Shown: positions 39,102-49,332, numbered from the stretch's first letter. The stretch: DNA of 64,000 bases from Candidatus Oxydemutatoraceae bacterium (GCA_965220085.1 CBDCOZ010000003.1:32001-96000); one strand, 5' to 3'. The notes: a model not told the origin generated them from the sequence alone. Program-made: numbers and translations.

Positions 39102-39530
39102 ATGAAAAAAATTATATCGATAGCATGCGGTGCGAAAAAGCAAACTCACCGTGGCAAGGCTTGTGCGTTATATACCGGCGCACTGTTTGCCAAGTCCCTT
39201 CAATATGCAAAGAGTCTGGCGCCAGATGAGGATATATACATCCTGTCGGCAAAGCATCATGTCTTGACACTTGATACTGCGGTTGAGCCGTATAACAAAA
39301 CGCTCAATGTTATGAAGAAACAAGACAGGTTGGCATGGGCTGAAAAAGTATTGCAGCAACTCCGCAAGCGGGCGGGCCTTGATAAGGACACATTCACTTT
39401 CCTTGCCGGCGCGAAATACCGGGAGTTCCTTGTTCCTCGCATAGCGCATCACCGCATACCATTAGCGGGGCTTCCGATAGGAAAACAACTCAGGCATCTT
39501 GATGCATTAAATAAAGAGCATGCGAAATGA
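39102..39530 (+). CDS. DUF6884-like protein
   Basis: IACGAKK...A..LYTG.LF...ILSAKH...YN.TL...LAG..Y...GLPIG pattern. Confidence 0.7.
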   Translation: MKKIISIACGAKKQTHRGKACALYTGALFAKSLQYAKSLAPDEDIYILSAKHHVLTLDTAVEPYNKTLNVMKKQDRLAWAEKVLQQLRKRAGLDKDTFTFLAGAKYREFLVPRIAHHRIPLAGLPIGKQLRHLDALNKEHAK

Positions 39531-39682
39531 GCAAGAGTTGTTGCGTGGCACAAGGCACAAGGCGGAAGCTTTCCCTCTTTGGCGTAGCAAGGCCACGTCG
39601 ACTCCCCCGCAAAGGGGAAAGTATTAGAGAGAAAACGGGAGAAACCCCCCGCTAATCAGCCGGCTCCCCCGCAAGGAGGAGA

Positions 39683-40004
39683 TTAGTCAGTGCGAGACTT
39701 GCGGAGCACGACATAGTCCCGCTCTATCTCTCGGCGGAAGTTATCCGGCAGGGTCGCCCAGTCGCGCACTTCCGCCAGAAACGGGATAGTAGAATCACAG
39801 GGCTTGGATGAGGCCGGCAAGGTCTTCGCGCGGGATTGGTTGCAGGCGGGGCGCGCGGAGTACGAGGTCAAGGTCGCTGCCGTCGTGGGCACGACCGTTG
39901 ATGCGGCTGCCGTAAGCCCAGACTTCCGCATCGGGCAGGCGCTTGCGGAGCAATGCCTCCGGCATGGCGCGATGACGAGGTTGCAGATGCAGACGCTCAG
40001 TCAT
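39683..40004 (-). pseudogene. MNT nucleotidyltransferase antitoxin, frameshifted near 39800
   Basis: YGSR...SDLDL motif; C-terminus DSTIPFL...DW..LP..F..EI lies in another frame. Confidence 0.75.
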
Positions 40005-40419
40005 TCTTCGCCGCCCGAATGGCGGCAGCAAGTGCGCGAGCATCAATGATGAATTGCGGCAGGAGCGCCAGCGTCTTTTCAGCAAAATGAATACCGTAGT
40101 CATGGGCGGCGCTGTTGCGGTTGTCACGGTATTGCAACCAGCGTTCGCAAGCGGCGGCATCCAGCAGGTCGTGTTTGGCAACGTGACGGAAAATATCTCT
40201 AAAATTGTAGGCATCCGCTTGGCGATTGCTGGCAAAGTAATCAGCCAGACATTTACGCAATAACTTGCCGCTTTGCTCCAGAATAATTTCAAACTCTTTG
40301 ACGCAAGCGGCGCGATACACTTCGTAATCGATGGCATCCGGTGTGTTGTTGCGCAGTTGTTCCAGCGCCCTCTCCAGTGCGCGAATGCAACGCTCCGGAA
40401 AGCCAGTGTCTATACTCAT
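39997..40419 (-). CDS. HEPN toxin / nucleotidyltransferase substrate-binding protein
   Basis: KEFEIILEQSGKLL, RNSAAHDYG; start MSIDT at 40419. Confidence 0.85.
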   Translation of the reverse strand: MSIDTGFPERCIRALERALEQLRNNTPDAIDYEVYRAACVKEFEIILEQSGKLLRKCLADYFASNRQADAYNFRDIFRHVAKHDLLDAAACERWLQYRDNRNSAAHDYGIHFAEKTLALLPQFIIDARALAAAIRAAKND

Positions 40420-40524
40420 TAAACTTCGTAATCGATGGCATCCGGCGCGTTGTTGTTCAATTGTTCCAGCGCCCTCTCCAGTGCGCGAATGCAACGCTCC
40501 GGAAAGCCGATGTCTATACTCATT
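40319..40524. repeat. 104-bp-period tandem duplication of the HEPN gene 5' end
   Basis: 40319-40420 versus 40423-40524; the upstream copy ends in TAA overlapping the real ATG. Confidence 0.9.
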
Positions 40525-40600
40525 TTATATTGCCCGAGCGCGCAAGCCTTATTTTTTGGGGCTTATATCCGAATAGCCATTTTGGCTAGTATGGCAGCCC

Positions 40601-41095
40601 TTATTTTTTGTCGGGGTTGTAGTAGCCGGCGCCGAAGACATATCCGTCATGCAGCTTGATGAACGACCGCTTGGGGTCGTCTTTGCCGCTTGCCGGATTG
40701 AGGACGACATACTCGACCCAAACGCCTTCGGGGGTGGCGCTCTCTATCAGGGTCACTCCTTCGTCATTGCGGGTCTTTGCCAGAATGCTTATCGTGTTGA
40801 CGCGCTCCTTATAGGCGCCGTGTGCGACTCTCTTCCCCGTGCGGGGGTCAAGCACAAACGGGTAGCCTTTGTCCGCGCTGCTCAGATGCTTGGCGGTGAT
40901 TTTTGCAAACGCCTGTTCGCGACCTTCTGTGTCGTACAGGAGTATCGCCTGCTCCGTCAGGTCTTGCGCATTCTGTTCGCGCTCGGAGAGCGACACTTTG
41001 TTAATGGTCACAGCTATTAGAGCGGCGACGGCGACTAACAATATCAGACTGAAAAATTTTGTACCCATGCGACACATTCTAGCATCATCTGACAT
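40601..41095 (-). CDS. membrane-anchored single Cache domain protein
   Basis: N-terminal TM; YPFV...AHG...G.WVEY...NP..G...KRSF...FGAGYY. Confidence 0.85.
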   Translation of the reverse strand: MSDDARMCRMGTKFFSLILLVAVAALIAVTINKVSLSEREQNAQDLTEQAILLYDTEGREQAFAKITAKHLSSADKGYPFVLDPRTGKRVAHGAYKERVNTISILAKTRNDEGVTLIESATPEGVWVEYVVLNPASGKDDPKRSFIKLHDGYVFGAGYYNPDKK

Positions 41096-41139
41096 CGCTC
41101 CCCCTCGCGCCGTCTTAAAGCGCTTGGTTTCGGGGGGAT

Positions 41140-41520
41140 GCCGGAGATGACAAATGCCCGAAAAATGAATGCGTTCAATGGACGCTTTCGCCGCTTCTTC
41201 GGGAAGAGTCTGCGGAATTTGAAGAGGGTTTGTTGGGGGCCGAGTATGCGACATTCAATGATCGTCGGATATTAAACCATAACAGATACAGTGATAAGCG
41301 GCTGAGGTGGTAAGCGTCCATACTGGCTTTTATGCCGCGTTTCTCCCATAATGTAAGGGCTTCAAGTTTCTGTTAGGTCGTATGACTCATAGTTGCCTCC
41401 TGTAATGCAAAAGCAGCTATTTTATAGAGACCTCTGATGCCGTAGCCGATGTGTTGCTATTGCATGTCGGTTACGTTTTTTGTTGAAGTCAAGAATCCGG
41501 AATGTTTCTGGCATTATTCA
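41140..41520. mobile_element. rearranged IS481-like remnants (C-terminal fragment on +, left end and N-terminus on -)
   Basis: KMNAFNGRF...AEFEEGLL on the + strand; 41297-41520 repeats 3745-3968. Confidence 0.55.
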
Positions 41521-41675
41521 CCCATAAAAGGAATACCGTCAAATCATGAAGACGAAAAAGGAAGCAGCTGGGCCCAGATGACAAATTATCCGCAACTTCG
41601 CGCACAGGAATTGCGGGTAGCCACGCACCCTTCGGGTTACAAAGAAGCCGCTTTATCGGGGAGCATCGGGTGATG
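41521..41675 (+). repeat. diverged copy 1 of the priA upstream region
   Basis: aligns with 57754-57908 and 59068-59222. Confidence 0.9.
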
Positions 41676-41712
41676 CACACGACATAGCCCTTCGCCTGCA
41701 AAATAAAAGCGA

Positions 41713-44529
41713 TTATGCCGCAATACGCCCTTCGCCGTATTCGGCCAAGATATCCGACAAATCGGAAGGGCTAAACGACACCGCACAGTGCCAGCACCCA
41801 AAGCCACCGTGATTGGTAACAGCCTTGCACCATTCCCCCAGTTGTTTGCGCTTTTCTTGCTCCTGTCCGCTGTCTTGCCCTTTGACTTCCAGAACGAGAT
41901 AGTCGCCGTTGGTCAGGCGAATCAGAAAATCCGGGTAATACTTGCGAGTCGCGCCTCCATAACTATAGTTGATTACAAATCCCAAATGATCGTTCTTCAC
42001 AAACGACTCCACATAGTCGGATTTATCTAATTTATATGCCTCCGACGCTTCCCACCTGCTGTCATATACGCAATGGCTGATATGTGATTTGGCGGCAGAC
42101 TGACAGGGTTTGCGGGTATACCATGGCCTCATGTCGCCGGTAGAAAATATGGGGCGCTCCTGATTAACAACTACCGTCGGGTTGTCGTAGGTGCTGGCGT
42201 CCTTTATGTATCCCCATATATGATCAATGACTTCCCTGGTGTGCAACATAAGGAGCATCTTGCGACGGGATTCATCGCTACCCACATTGCCCTTGAAACT
42301 CAGGTACTCAGATCGGATGAAATGCTCTGCCAAAGGTATCAACTGGGACAGAAAACTATACGCACTGCCCTTCCAACTCTCATATTTCCGCTGTTCATAA
42401 ATGCTTCGGGCAATCTTGAATATTACGGTTTGCAGACGGGTGTTTTCAGCAATGTGCTCCATGTCTATGGCATCCCGCACGGCATCGTGTGGCTTGCCTG
42501 CCAGAATGACTTCCATATCCGCCTCGGTTATGGTTTTCAACGGGTCTATATTAAGGGGCTTAATCCGCTCCCAGTCCAGTTCCAGACTGGGCTTATATTC
42601 ATAGTCTATGCGCGCCACATTAGGCCATCTGATAGCGTGTTCCGCGCGCTCCGGCAGCGACTCAATACGTGTCGCGGGCTTTTCCGGAGGAGGCTCCTCG
42701 CCGCCCTCGTGAGGCAGAAAAGTAAAAGGCACACCGACAACACGCACATATTCCGACCTGAACATGCCGTTCTCCTCAACATCGTAACTGACCCGGCGCA
42801 ATCCTCGTCCCACTACTTGCTCGCATAACAGTTGGCTGCTGAATGCGCGCAGTCCCATTATGTGAGTCACATTCTTGGCATCCCAACCTTCGGATAGCAT
42901 GTTCACCGAGATGACATTACAAAGTTGTTCGCCCGGCTCGCCCAACTGCCCCACAGTGCCGACCTTGCGCCGCAGATATTCGGCTTGCTTGTCCTTGGTA
43001 AGCGTCTTATGGTTGTTGCCGGGCCCGTTTATCTCCGGCCTTTCATCGCGCCCCTCGGCATCCTTCATGGTTTTGCTATCTACTTGTAACAATCTGTCGG
43101 GATTGCACAGTTGCTCATTCACCATCATGTCCTGCCGCTCAAAAGCATTGTGAATACGCGCCGCCGTCTCTATGCTGTTGGCTACTGTGATCATGACCGG
43201 CGGCACCTTGCTGCCCGCCTCTTGCCATTGTTCAAATTTTTCCGACCAGTCAGACCCCAATAACTGGTAAGCGTTGCGCACCAGATCCGGCAACGGTTCG
43301 GTTTTATCCGCCTTGCGGTTGAGGTCTTCCTTCACTTCGGGTTCCTGATACAGATGGTACAGACGCGACTGGTCATCTTTGTTGAGTACGCTATCGTCTC
43401 TCGTAACCACTCTGGGAGTCTTGACCAGCCCCGATTCTATGGCGTCATTAAGGCCAAAATCAGACACTACCCACTCAAACAAGCTGTCCTCATCGGAGCG
43501 GTCGCCCGACGGTCTGAAAGGTGTGGCCGACAAATCAAAGCAACGCAGAATGCCGCGATGCCTATGGATTCTGTCCAGCCCATCGATCCACACCGTAGCC
43601 TCCTCGGCGCTGTCCTTGTCGCTTCCCAAACGTTTGTTTTTGCCTTTGGCCTTGGGGTTAACGCGCCAAGCATGGTGGGCCTCGTCGTTAATCACCAGCA
43701 GGTCTCCATCGTCGGGGGCGTATTTGCCCAGTACCTGTCGCACATAGACGGTGTCGCTTATCGCTTTGCGTTTGCGTTTGTCCACCGAACGCAACTGCCC
43801 CTTGGCAGCCTTGGCATTCAACTTATCCTGACTGTCCCAAGCCAACGCATGCCAATTATGAATCCGCAACTTGCCGCGGCGCAAACGCTCCATCATGGGC
43901 GGCGGCACTATGTTAAACGCTTCGTAATAGTTGTGCTCGTGGCTGGGATTGAGCACCTGCAGACGCTCCTTGATGGTAAGGCCGGGCGCTACAATCAAAG
44001 CGTGTTTGCCGAACCTGCTGTCCTTGGGATCGGTAACTTTGTTGAGAAAGTTCCAAGCAATAATCATCGCCATGACAATAGTCTTCCCCGTGCCCGTAGC
44101 CATCTTGCTGCATAGCCGTTCAAACTCGCTGCCATCTCCATTGAGACCTTCCCGCATGTCCGCGCCTTCTTGCGTTTCCACCAGCCAGATAAGCGTCTCT
44201 ATGGCTTCCAACTGACAGAAGAAAAAGCGATTCTCCCGCTCCTGATTGTCTTGCCAATGCTCAAGCAGTTTGCGAGTGATGATGGTGGCGCCGGCATATC
44301 GCGCCTCCCGCCAGACATCTACCTTCGTGCGAATAGTATTGACTGCCTTGATTGGCTTGAACTGCCCGGGGTCATCAAAGCCTTTGGCATTGGGCGTGGC
44401 TACCACATAGCCGGCATCTCGCCTGCCTGCCAGCAAGTTGAACTGTCGCCGCTCGCGATCGTATTGCCAGCGCTTTTGCGGCGCCTCGTACGGACTGTTT
44501 ACGATAAGTTTATCAATCTTGTCAGGCAT
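41713..44529 (-). CDS. res: type III restriction enzyme Res subunit
   Basis: KMATGTGKT, DEAHH, LSATP, EGWD, QVVGRGLR, C-terminal PD...EVKG nuclease; start MPDKID at 44529. Confidence 0.92.
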   Translation of the reverse strand: MPDKIDKLIVNSPYEAPQKRWQYDRERRQFNLLAGRRDAGYVVATPNAKGFDDPGQFKPIKAVNTIRTKVDVWREARYAGATIITRKLLEHWQDNQERENRFFFCQLEAIETLIWLVETQEGADMREGLNGDGSEFERLCSKMATGTGKTIVMAMIIAWNFLNKVTDPKDSRFGKHALIVAPGLTIKERLQVLNPSHEHNYYEAFNIVPPPMMERLRRGKLRIHNWHALAWDSQDKLNAKAAKGQLRSVDKRKRKAISDTVYVRQVLGKYAPDDGDLLVINDEAHHAWRVNPKAKGKNKRLGSDKDSAEEATVWIDGLDRIHRHRGILRCFDLSATPFRPSGDRSDEDSLFEWVVSDFGLNDAIESGLVKTPRVVTRDDSVLNKDDQSRLYHLYQEPEVKEDLNRKADKTEPLPDLVRNAYQLLGSDWSEKFEQWQEAGSKVPPVMITVANSIETAARIHNAFERQDMMVNEQLCNPDRLLQVDSKTMKDAEGRDERPEINGPGNNHKTLTKDKQAEYLRRKVGTVGQLGEPGEQLCNVISVNMLSEGWDAKNVTHIMGLRAFSSQLLCEQVVGRGLRRVSYDVEENGMFRSEYVRVVGVPFTFLPHEGGEEPPPEKPATRIESLPERAEHAIRWPNVARIDYEYKPSLELDWERIKPLNIDPLKTITEADMEVILAGKPHDAVRDAIDMEHIAENTRLQTVIFKIARSIYEQRKYESWKGSAYSFLSQLIPLAEHFIRSEYLSFKGNVGSDESRRKMLLMLHTREVIDHIWGYIKDASTYDNPTVVVNQERPIFSTGDMRPWYTRKPCQSAAKSHISHCVYDSRWEASEAYKLDKSDYVESFVKNDHLGFVINYSYGGATRKYYPDFLIRLTNGDYLVLEVKGQDSGQEQEKRKQLGEWCKAVTNHGGFGCWHCAVSFSPSDLSDILAEYGEGRIAA

Positions 44530-44533
44530 GCGA

Positions 44534-44911
44534 TTACCAAGGTGACCTTTGGAAAAAACGCCTATACCACGGGCGAGGCGTCCATACAATCTTACCCTTT
44601 TTGACCTGATAGTGGCTGCGGCATGGCAACTTGGGCAGGAATATGGAGGGTGAGAGACTCAGACTGCCATCCCGATGCTCATGAAAACGCCACTTGGGAT
44701 CGGCGTCCTCAAAGACATCCAAATACACCAGATGATCGCATTTGCGTTTTGGGCATTGCATAACAATCCGGTAGGGGTGCGACCGCCCGCCCACTACATA
44801 TATAGTGTCAGGAGACGGAACATCCGGCAAATCTTCCACCCACTCGGTCGCATAGCGTTTGCGCTTATGCCGGAACCGCTTGCGCGCCTTTTTGAACAAC
44901 CTTTTAGGCAT
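44534..44911 (-). CDS. DUF6527-like Cys/His protein
   Basis: CP..C...W......SLSPSI.....CRSHY....G.IVW pattern; coupled to the E1 gene. Confidence 0.72.
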   Translation of the reverse strand: MPKRLFKKARKRFRHKRKRYATEWVEDLPDVPSPDTIYVVGGRSHPYRIVMQCPKRKCDHLVYLDVFEDADPKWRFHEHRDGSLSLSPSIFLPKLPCRSHYQVKKGKIVWTPRPWYRRFFQRSPW

Positions 44912-46325
44912 TCTTGTTTTCGTCTGTAATACTTTGCAGTAACGGGCTGCTATCGCCCATCCCCGCATACTTGCCGAACAACTTGTCGGCTTGTCCGGGC
45001 TCCGCATGTCGGTTGCTGTAATAGCCTTGCACCAGTTGCATCTGTTGCACGGCAAAAGAGTCGTTGGCATCTAAGCGGAAGTCGTGCAAGCGCGCCATAA
45101 GATCATTGAAAGCCATGCAGGCAGCTTGCATATTCACGGAGATGACGGCTGGCTGGTCTTCGCCCACTGCTGTCAGATAACCCTCTTTCAGTTGTTTCCG
45201 GTAGTGTTTCGGGTCGGAACGATGCATATTCTCCGCCGCAATCTGCTCGCTGGCGTAGCCTCCTCTTGCCATCAGACTGGCATTGTCCGGGTGCATATAA
45301 TGCGCTACGGCTGTGGCTTGGGTCAGGCCGCCTTTGCCATCCGCCTCAAGGTGTACGCCAACATCAAAGTAAGGCAACCAACAGGCGGAAGCTATGCATT
45401 CCAGATGGTAGCGACCGCTGGCAGAATCCACGCAACCAAAGATGACATCGCAATCTATCAGCGCCCTCGCCACTTGCGGAGCGTATGTATCCGCTTGGTA
45501 CGCATCTACCTTGGCGCCTGTGCCCATGGCTTGCACAGCTTTTTTCAGCGCATCTACTTTGGGGGCGCTCTGACTTGCATCGCGGCTTTTGGCGTTTATG
45601 ATGCGATTCAGGTTCTTGGGTTCCACGCAATCCGGGTCTGCTATCACCAACTGCCCCACACAGTTTCGCGCCAACAGTTCAATGATGACGCTGCCGGTGC
45701 CGGAACACCCCACAACGCCTGCTCGCAATCGGCGCAAAAGCGCCAAGGTGTTTTTGCCGAATGTCTGGGCAACCCTCATACCGGACTCGACCGGTTGCGC
45801 CACCCGCTTTGCAGAGTGCCAGATTTTTATATCCTCGCCCACAACGGAAACCGTATCCAAGAGCGCACACTTTCCTTTGACATCAACCACACGCGCGATA
45901 ATCCTGCCATCCGGCAACATGATGGCGGAACCATTGGGCCGCCCGTCATCAAACCAGCGGCCCATCGAGCCAAACAACTTTCGATCATTTTCATTGTCAA
46001 TGTCGGAAAATTCTTCACAGCCTTTGGGATGGCTATGAATCGTCATGATTGAAAGTCCGCGCTTGTCTATGTCGCTAATCTTGTCGGCGGTCAAAAATTC
46101 AGTCACGGGCCAATCCACACGGATGGCTGTTCTATTGGAACAAGTATCGGCGGGTATGAGAATGCACTCGCAGGCCATCAGGCGCAGGCTCCGGGCGCCC
46201 GCCGCCCTGTGGCAGAGAATGATAGCGACAGATTCGCGATTATCCTCCGGGAAAAGGTGCTCCCGGAGTTGCCGATGTTGGCTTTGTGTCAGTGCCAAAG
46301 TGTGCGCATACTTGCCAGCCATCAC
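44904..46325 (-). CDS. JAB peptidase fused to a ThiF/E1-like enzyme
   Basis: E...HSHP.....FS.ID (JAB); GCSGTGS, D.D.VE..NLNR, GCVD (E1). Confidence 0.88.
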   Translation of the reverse strand: MMAGKYAHTLALTQSQHRQLREHLFPEDNRESVAIILCHRAAGARSLRLMACECILIPADTCSNRTAIRVDWPVTEFLTADKISDIDKRGLSIMTIHSHPKGCEEFSDIDNENDRKLFGSMGRWFDDGRPNGSAIMLPDGRIIARVVDVKGKCALLDTVSVVGEDIKIWHSAKRVAQPVESGMRVAQTFGKNTLALLRRLRAGVVGCSGTGSVIIELLARNCVGQLVIADPDCVEPKNLNRIINAKSRDASQSAPKVDALKKAVQAMGTGAKVDAYQADTYAPQVARALIDCDVIFGCVDSASGRYHLECIASACWLPYFDVGVHLEADGKGGLTQATAVAHYMHPDNASLMARGGYASEQIAAENMHRSDPKHYRKQLKEGYLTAVGEDQPAVISVNMQAACMAFNDLMARLHDFRLDANDSFAVQQMQLVQGYYSNRHAEPGQADKLFGKYAGMGDSSPLLQSITDENKNA

Positions 46326-46690
46326 CGTATCAGTTCATGTTGCAGAACATTTTTTATATATGCAAAGTGTGTGGCGACGCAATGTATGCCCGGCTTCCAT
46401 TCGTAGTGCCGCGACCATCGTTGCCAGTGCTGACTAAAGTGGCGCTCCTCTGTCAGGGCATCTATGTATTTTTCATCCTTGCGTCCAATCGGCGGGCACA
46501 GATAGAACATATCCAACGGGCTGGCAGGATAGTCGGCAGGAATGCGTATCATCAGATTGGTTTTATCCAGATTGTAGCCTTCGGGCAAAGAGTAATCGCG
46601 AATTAGCAGACCATCGCTATCACCGAGCACTTCCCACTGCCCTGAAAAATGCTTTTCCAGAAACCGTTTGTCATCGGGCACAAGCGCCAC
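46322..46690 (-). CDS. prokaryotic E2/UBC-like protein
   Basis: LPEGY...IP..YP...DMFY..P...WQRWSRH. Confidence 0.82.
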   Translation of the reverse strand: MALVPDDKRFLEKHFSGQWEVLGDSDGLLIRDYSLPEGYNLDKTNLMIRIPADYPASPLDMFYLCPPIGRKDEKYIDALTEERHFSQHWQRWSRHYEWKPGIHCVATHFAYIKNVLQHELIR

Positions 46691-46695
46691 CGATG

Positions 46696-47148
46696 TTACG
46701 CCCCTTGTTGCGCCTGTAAGGGCGCTGTCTCAAACCGGTCTAGTTCGGGATTCGTCAAATCTACTTCTTCATCTCCCGCAACAGGAATGCGTCGCCCGCT
46801 CTTCAACTTCTTGTTGAGAGACCACTCGCTGGTTTTCTTGTCGACCAGAGCCAGTATCCGCTCTCCGGTCATCGTCGTCTCCGCTACCGTAAACTCATCG
46901 CCGTCCACCTTGATGGTGATTTTCTTGTCGTCGGGACGTTGCGGCTTAGCCGATGCAGTCTTGAATGCTCTGTTGCCGGGGTCTTTCAAATCTATTTGCT
47001 CGTCTTTCCCCACAGGCACCGACTTGCCATCGCGCTCTAGGCTCAGAGACCACTCCGGGTAACTCTTGCCCGCTAGGTTTAGGATTTGCTCGCCGGTCAA
47101 GTGATCAGAATCTGCCGGATATTGTTTGCCATCAATCTGTATGTTCAA
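46696..47148 (-). CDS. multi-ubiquitin domain protein (two Ubl domains)
   Basis: two I.(I/V)DG......TGE.IL.L......W.L........V..DE..DL....F.T repeats; ends QQGA. Confidence 0.85.
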   Translation of the reverse strand: MNIQIDGKQYPADSDHLTGEQILNLAGKSYPEWSLSLERDGKSVPVGKDEQIDLKDPGNRAFKTASAKPQRPDDKKITIKVDGDEFTVAETTMTGERILALVDKKTSEWSLNKKLKSGRRIPVAGDEEVDLTNPELDRFETAPLQAQQGA

Positions 47149-47163
47149 CGTCTCATCCTCCTG

Positions 47164-47682
47164 TTAGTGTTTCTCAAGTTTTTTATGGGCCTCTTTTGAA
47201 GTCATCACATCCGCTTGCAACAAATCCATGCCCTCTGCCTTCGATTTTAACTTATCCCGATTGTTAATGATATGCTTTTCATCATTGCTAATAAGTATCC
47301 TGTCCTTGACGAATGCCACATATACAAATATCCGGTCAACCTCTTCTTTATTTTTATCTTGTTCTTCCGGAACTATAGCGCAGATGCCATTCCAAAGCAG
47401 GGAAGACTCATCCACAGTGACACACTCATGATTCTGAGGGTCCATCCAGAGTCGCAAAATGATTCTGTTGTCTATCGTAAGGCGTTCAATCTTTCGTTCT
47501 ATATGGTGTTTATATTCATGCCTTATAACACCCTCGTCGTCAATCAGTAGCAACACTTTCAAATCAACCAGACTTTTCAACAATTTATATATATGATTCT
47601 CTGTATTCATATTTTTGTTATGAATATGTCCGAAAACATTAGTGTCTACGGCTATGAAGTCAACGGTCACTGCTTCCTCCAT
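47164..47682 (-). CDS. PIN-like domain protein
   Basis: AVDTNV...E...D..F...A.....LISND. Confidence 0.6.
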   Translation of the reverse strand: MEEAVTVDFIAVDTNVFGHIHNKNMNTENHIYKLLKSLVDLKVLLLIDDEGVIRHEYKHHIERKIERLTIDNRIILRLWMDPQNHECVTVDESSLLWNGICAIVPEEQDKNKEEVDRIFVYVAFVKDRILISNDEKHIINNRDKLKSKAEGMDLLQADVMTSKEAHKKLEKH

Positions 47683-47684
47683 GG

Positions 47685-49067
47685 CTATGTAGTCATATCC
47701 ATGACTTCCCAGAAATCCTGATGAAAGAATTCTCTTGGCAAACCATCATCCAGTATGCCTTTCTCATTGATGTTCAGGTTTTTCACAGTGGTTTTATTAT
47801 TATCAGTAGCAAAATAGGCTACGGATATATCACGCCAGTCTAATTCCCCTTTGATAATCTTGTTACGCAAGCGCAACAACATGTTGGCACTGTGCGTCTC
47901 AATAATGGATGTCACCTTGCGCGTATTCCATAACTCAACGAAGAAGTTGGCCAAATTAAGTTGTGCGGTCGGGTGCAAGTTCGCTTCGGGCTCTTCAACC
48001 ATCAGGGTGGAGTAGGGATGCATAATCGCTCCCTGCACCAGAACAGGCAGAAGTTGATTTGTGCCGAAACCAAAATCTGCAATGTTGGTGCGAGCTCCAG
48101 TTTTCAGGTTGGTTGCCCGGCAGGCGGTCAATTCCTCCAGATGCTCATCGAAGGTGATATCGCTTACTCCCAAAATGTTCTCCAGATGACGGCTCACCAA
48201 ATCAAAAGCGTCCCGCCTGTCCTTGTATATCTTATACAGTTGGTGTAATGTCCATTTGCCCTCACTTCCTACTTCGCGATTAGGGCAAGAGGCATGCTTT
48301 GCAAACGCCCTCTCAAAGTATTCAATCTCTGGGCTTATATAAGATATATTGCCGACATCTTGAACTATAAGCCTGTTGCAGTGCTCTAACACCTTCACAT
48401 CATCTTTCAGTTCGCGCTCCATTGCTATGGCAAAGTTACCAAGCTTTTGGATGAGGGCTCCTATATCCTCCTTACCTGACCGGAAAGCTGGGCTAAATTT
48501 TTCAGTGAGCGTATTTATGTCATCTTTCAGTTTGCGCTCGTTAGCATCTGACAAAACACTAGCCAAATGAAACATTCTCAGATTATCAGTTATTTCATTT
48601 TCATACGGGGTTACGCAGCCCTTGTCATGCTCTATGCCCAGCGCTACCTTTCCTCTGGATGCTCGGTCTTTGGCATAATACACACTGGCATTCAGAACAT
48701 AGTTGATTTTTTTGTTTTGCACACCTTTCTGCGATACTTCTTGCTTGCGGCGGATCTGTTCCAAATAACGCTTAACAATATCTCCGGGACTGTCCGCGTC
48801 CTTAAACTTGACGCCAAACTTCAGGTGATCCCCCTTAGTTCGCACATTCTTTTGCGCATAGAGTGATGGCAGTTTTATGGCATCGCCGGATGTTGCCAGA
48901 AATTCCAGACTCGCCGGGTTACACGACTGCTTGAGCATCAGCAGGAGTTTCATCACTGATGACTTGCTGGAATTGTTACGACCTATCAACAGGGTAATCG
49001 GCTTCAAGCGAATTGTCACCTCATCGCTAAACCCTCGGAAGTTGGCTATTTTAAGTTCGGTCAACAT
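47685..49067 (-). CDS. ABC-type (AAA_21/DUF3696-like) ATPase
   Basis: NFRGF, GRNNSSKS (atypical Walker A), GFGTNQ, EEPEANLHP, ETHS. Confidence 0.85.
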   Translation of the reverse strand: MLTELKIANFRGFSDEVTIRLKPITLLIGRNNSSKSSVMKLLLMLKQSCNPASLEFLATSGDAIKLPSLYAQKNVRTKGDHLKFGVKFKDADSPGDIVKRYLEQIRRKQEVSQKGVQNKKINYVLNASVYYAKDRASRGKVALGIEHDKGCVTPYENEITDNLRMFHLASVLSDANERKLKDDINTLTEKFSPAFRSGKEDIGALIQKLGNFAIAMERELKDDVKVLEHCNRLIVQDVGNISYISPEIEYFERAFAKHASCPNREVGSEGKWTLHQLYKIYKDRRDAFDLVSRHLENILGVSDITFDEHLEELTACRATNLKTGARTNIADFGFGTNQLLPVLVQGAIMHPYSTLMVEEPEANLHPTAQLNLANFFVELWNTRKVTSIIETHSANMLLRLRNKIIKGELDWRDISVAYFATDNNKTTVKNLNINEKGILDDGLPREFFHQDFWEVMDMTT

Positions 49068-49077
49068 TGGGCTCCCC

Positions 49078-49332
49078 CTATTTGTACAGCGGAATGATGC
49101 GCAACGATTCTATGTCGCGCTTGTCTATAATCTTAATGGCTCTGCGCTCGTGTAACTGCCCGAAGTCATCAAAGCCTTTGGCATTGGGCGTGGCTACCAC
49201 ACAGCCGGCATCTCGCCTGCCTGCCGACAAGTTGGACTGCCGTTGCTCGCAATCGTATTGCCAGTGCTTTTGCGTCGCCTCGTGCGGACTGTTTACGATG
49301 AGCTTGTTAATCTTGTCAGGCATATATTTCAT
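49078..49332 (-). pseudogene. chimeric scar: Res N-terminus fused to Mod C-terminus
   Basis: first ~56 aa copy Res (MPDKI.KLIVNSP...GFDD.GQ); last ~25 aa copy the Mod end (ER.A.KIID.R.IESLR.IPL). Confidence 0.88.
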
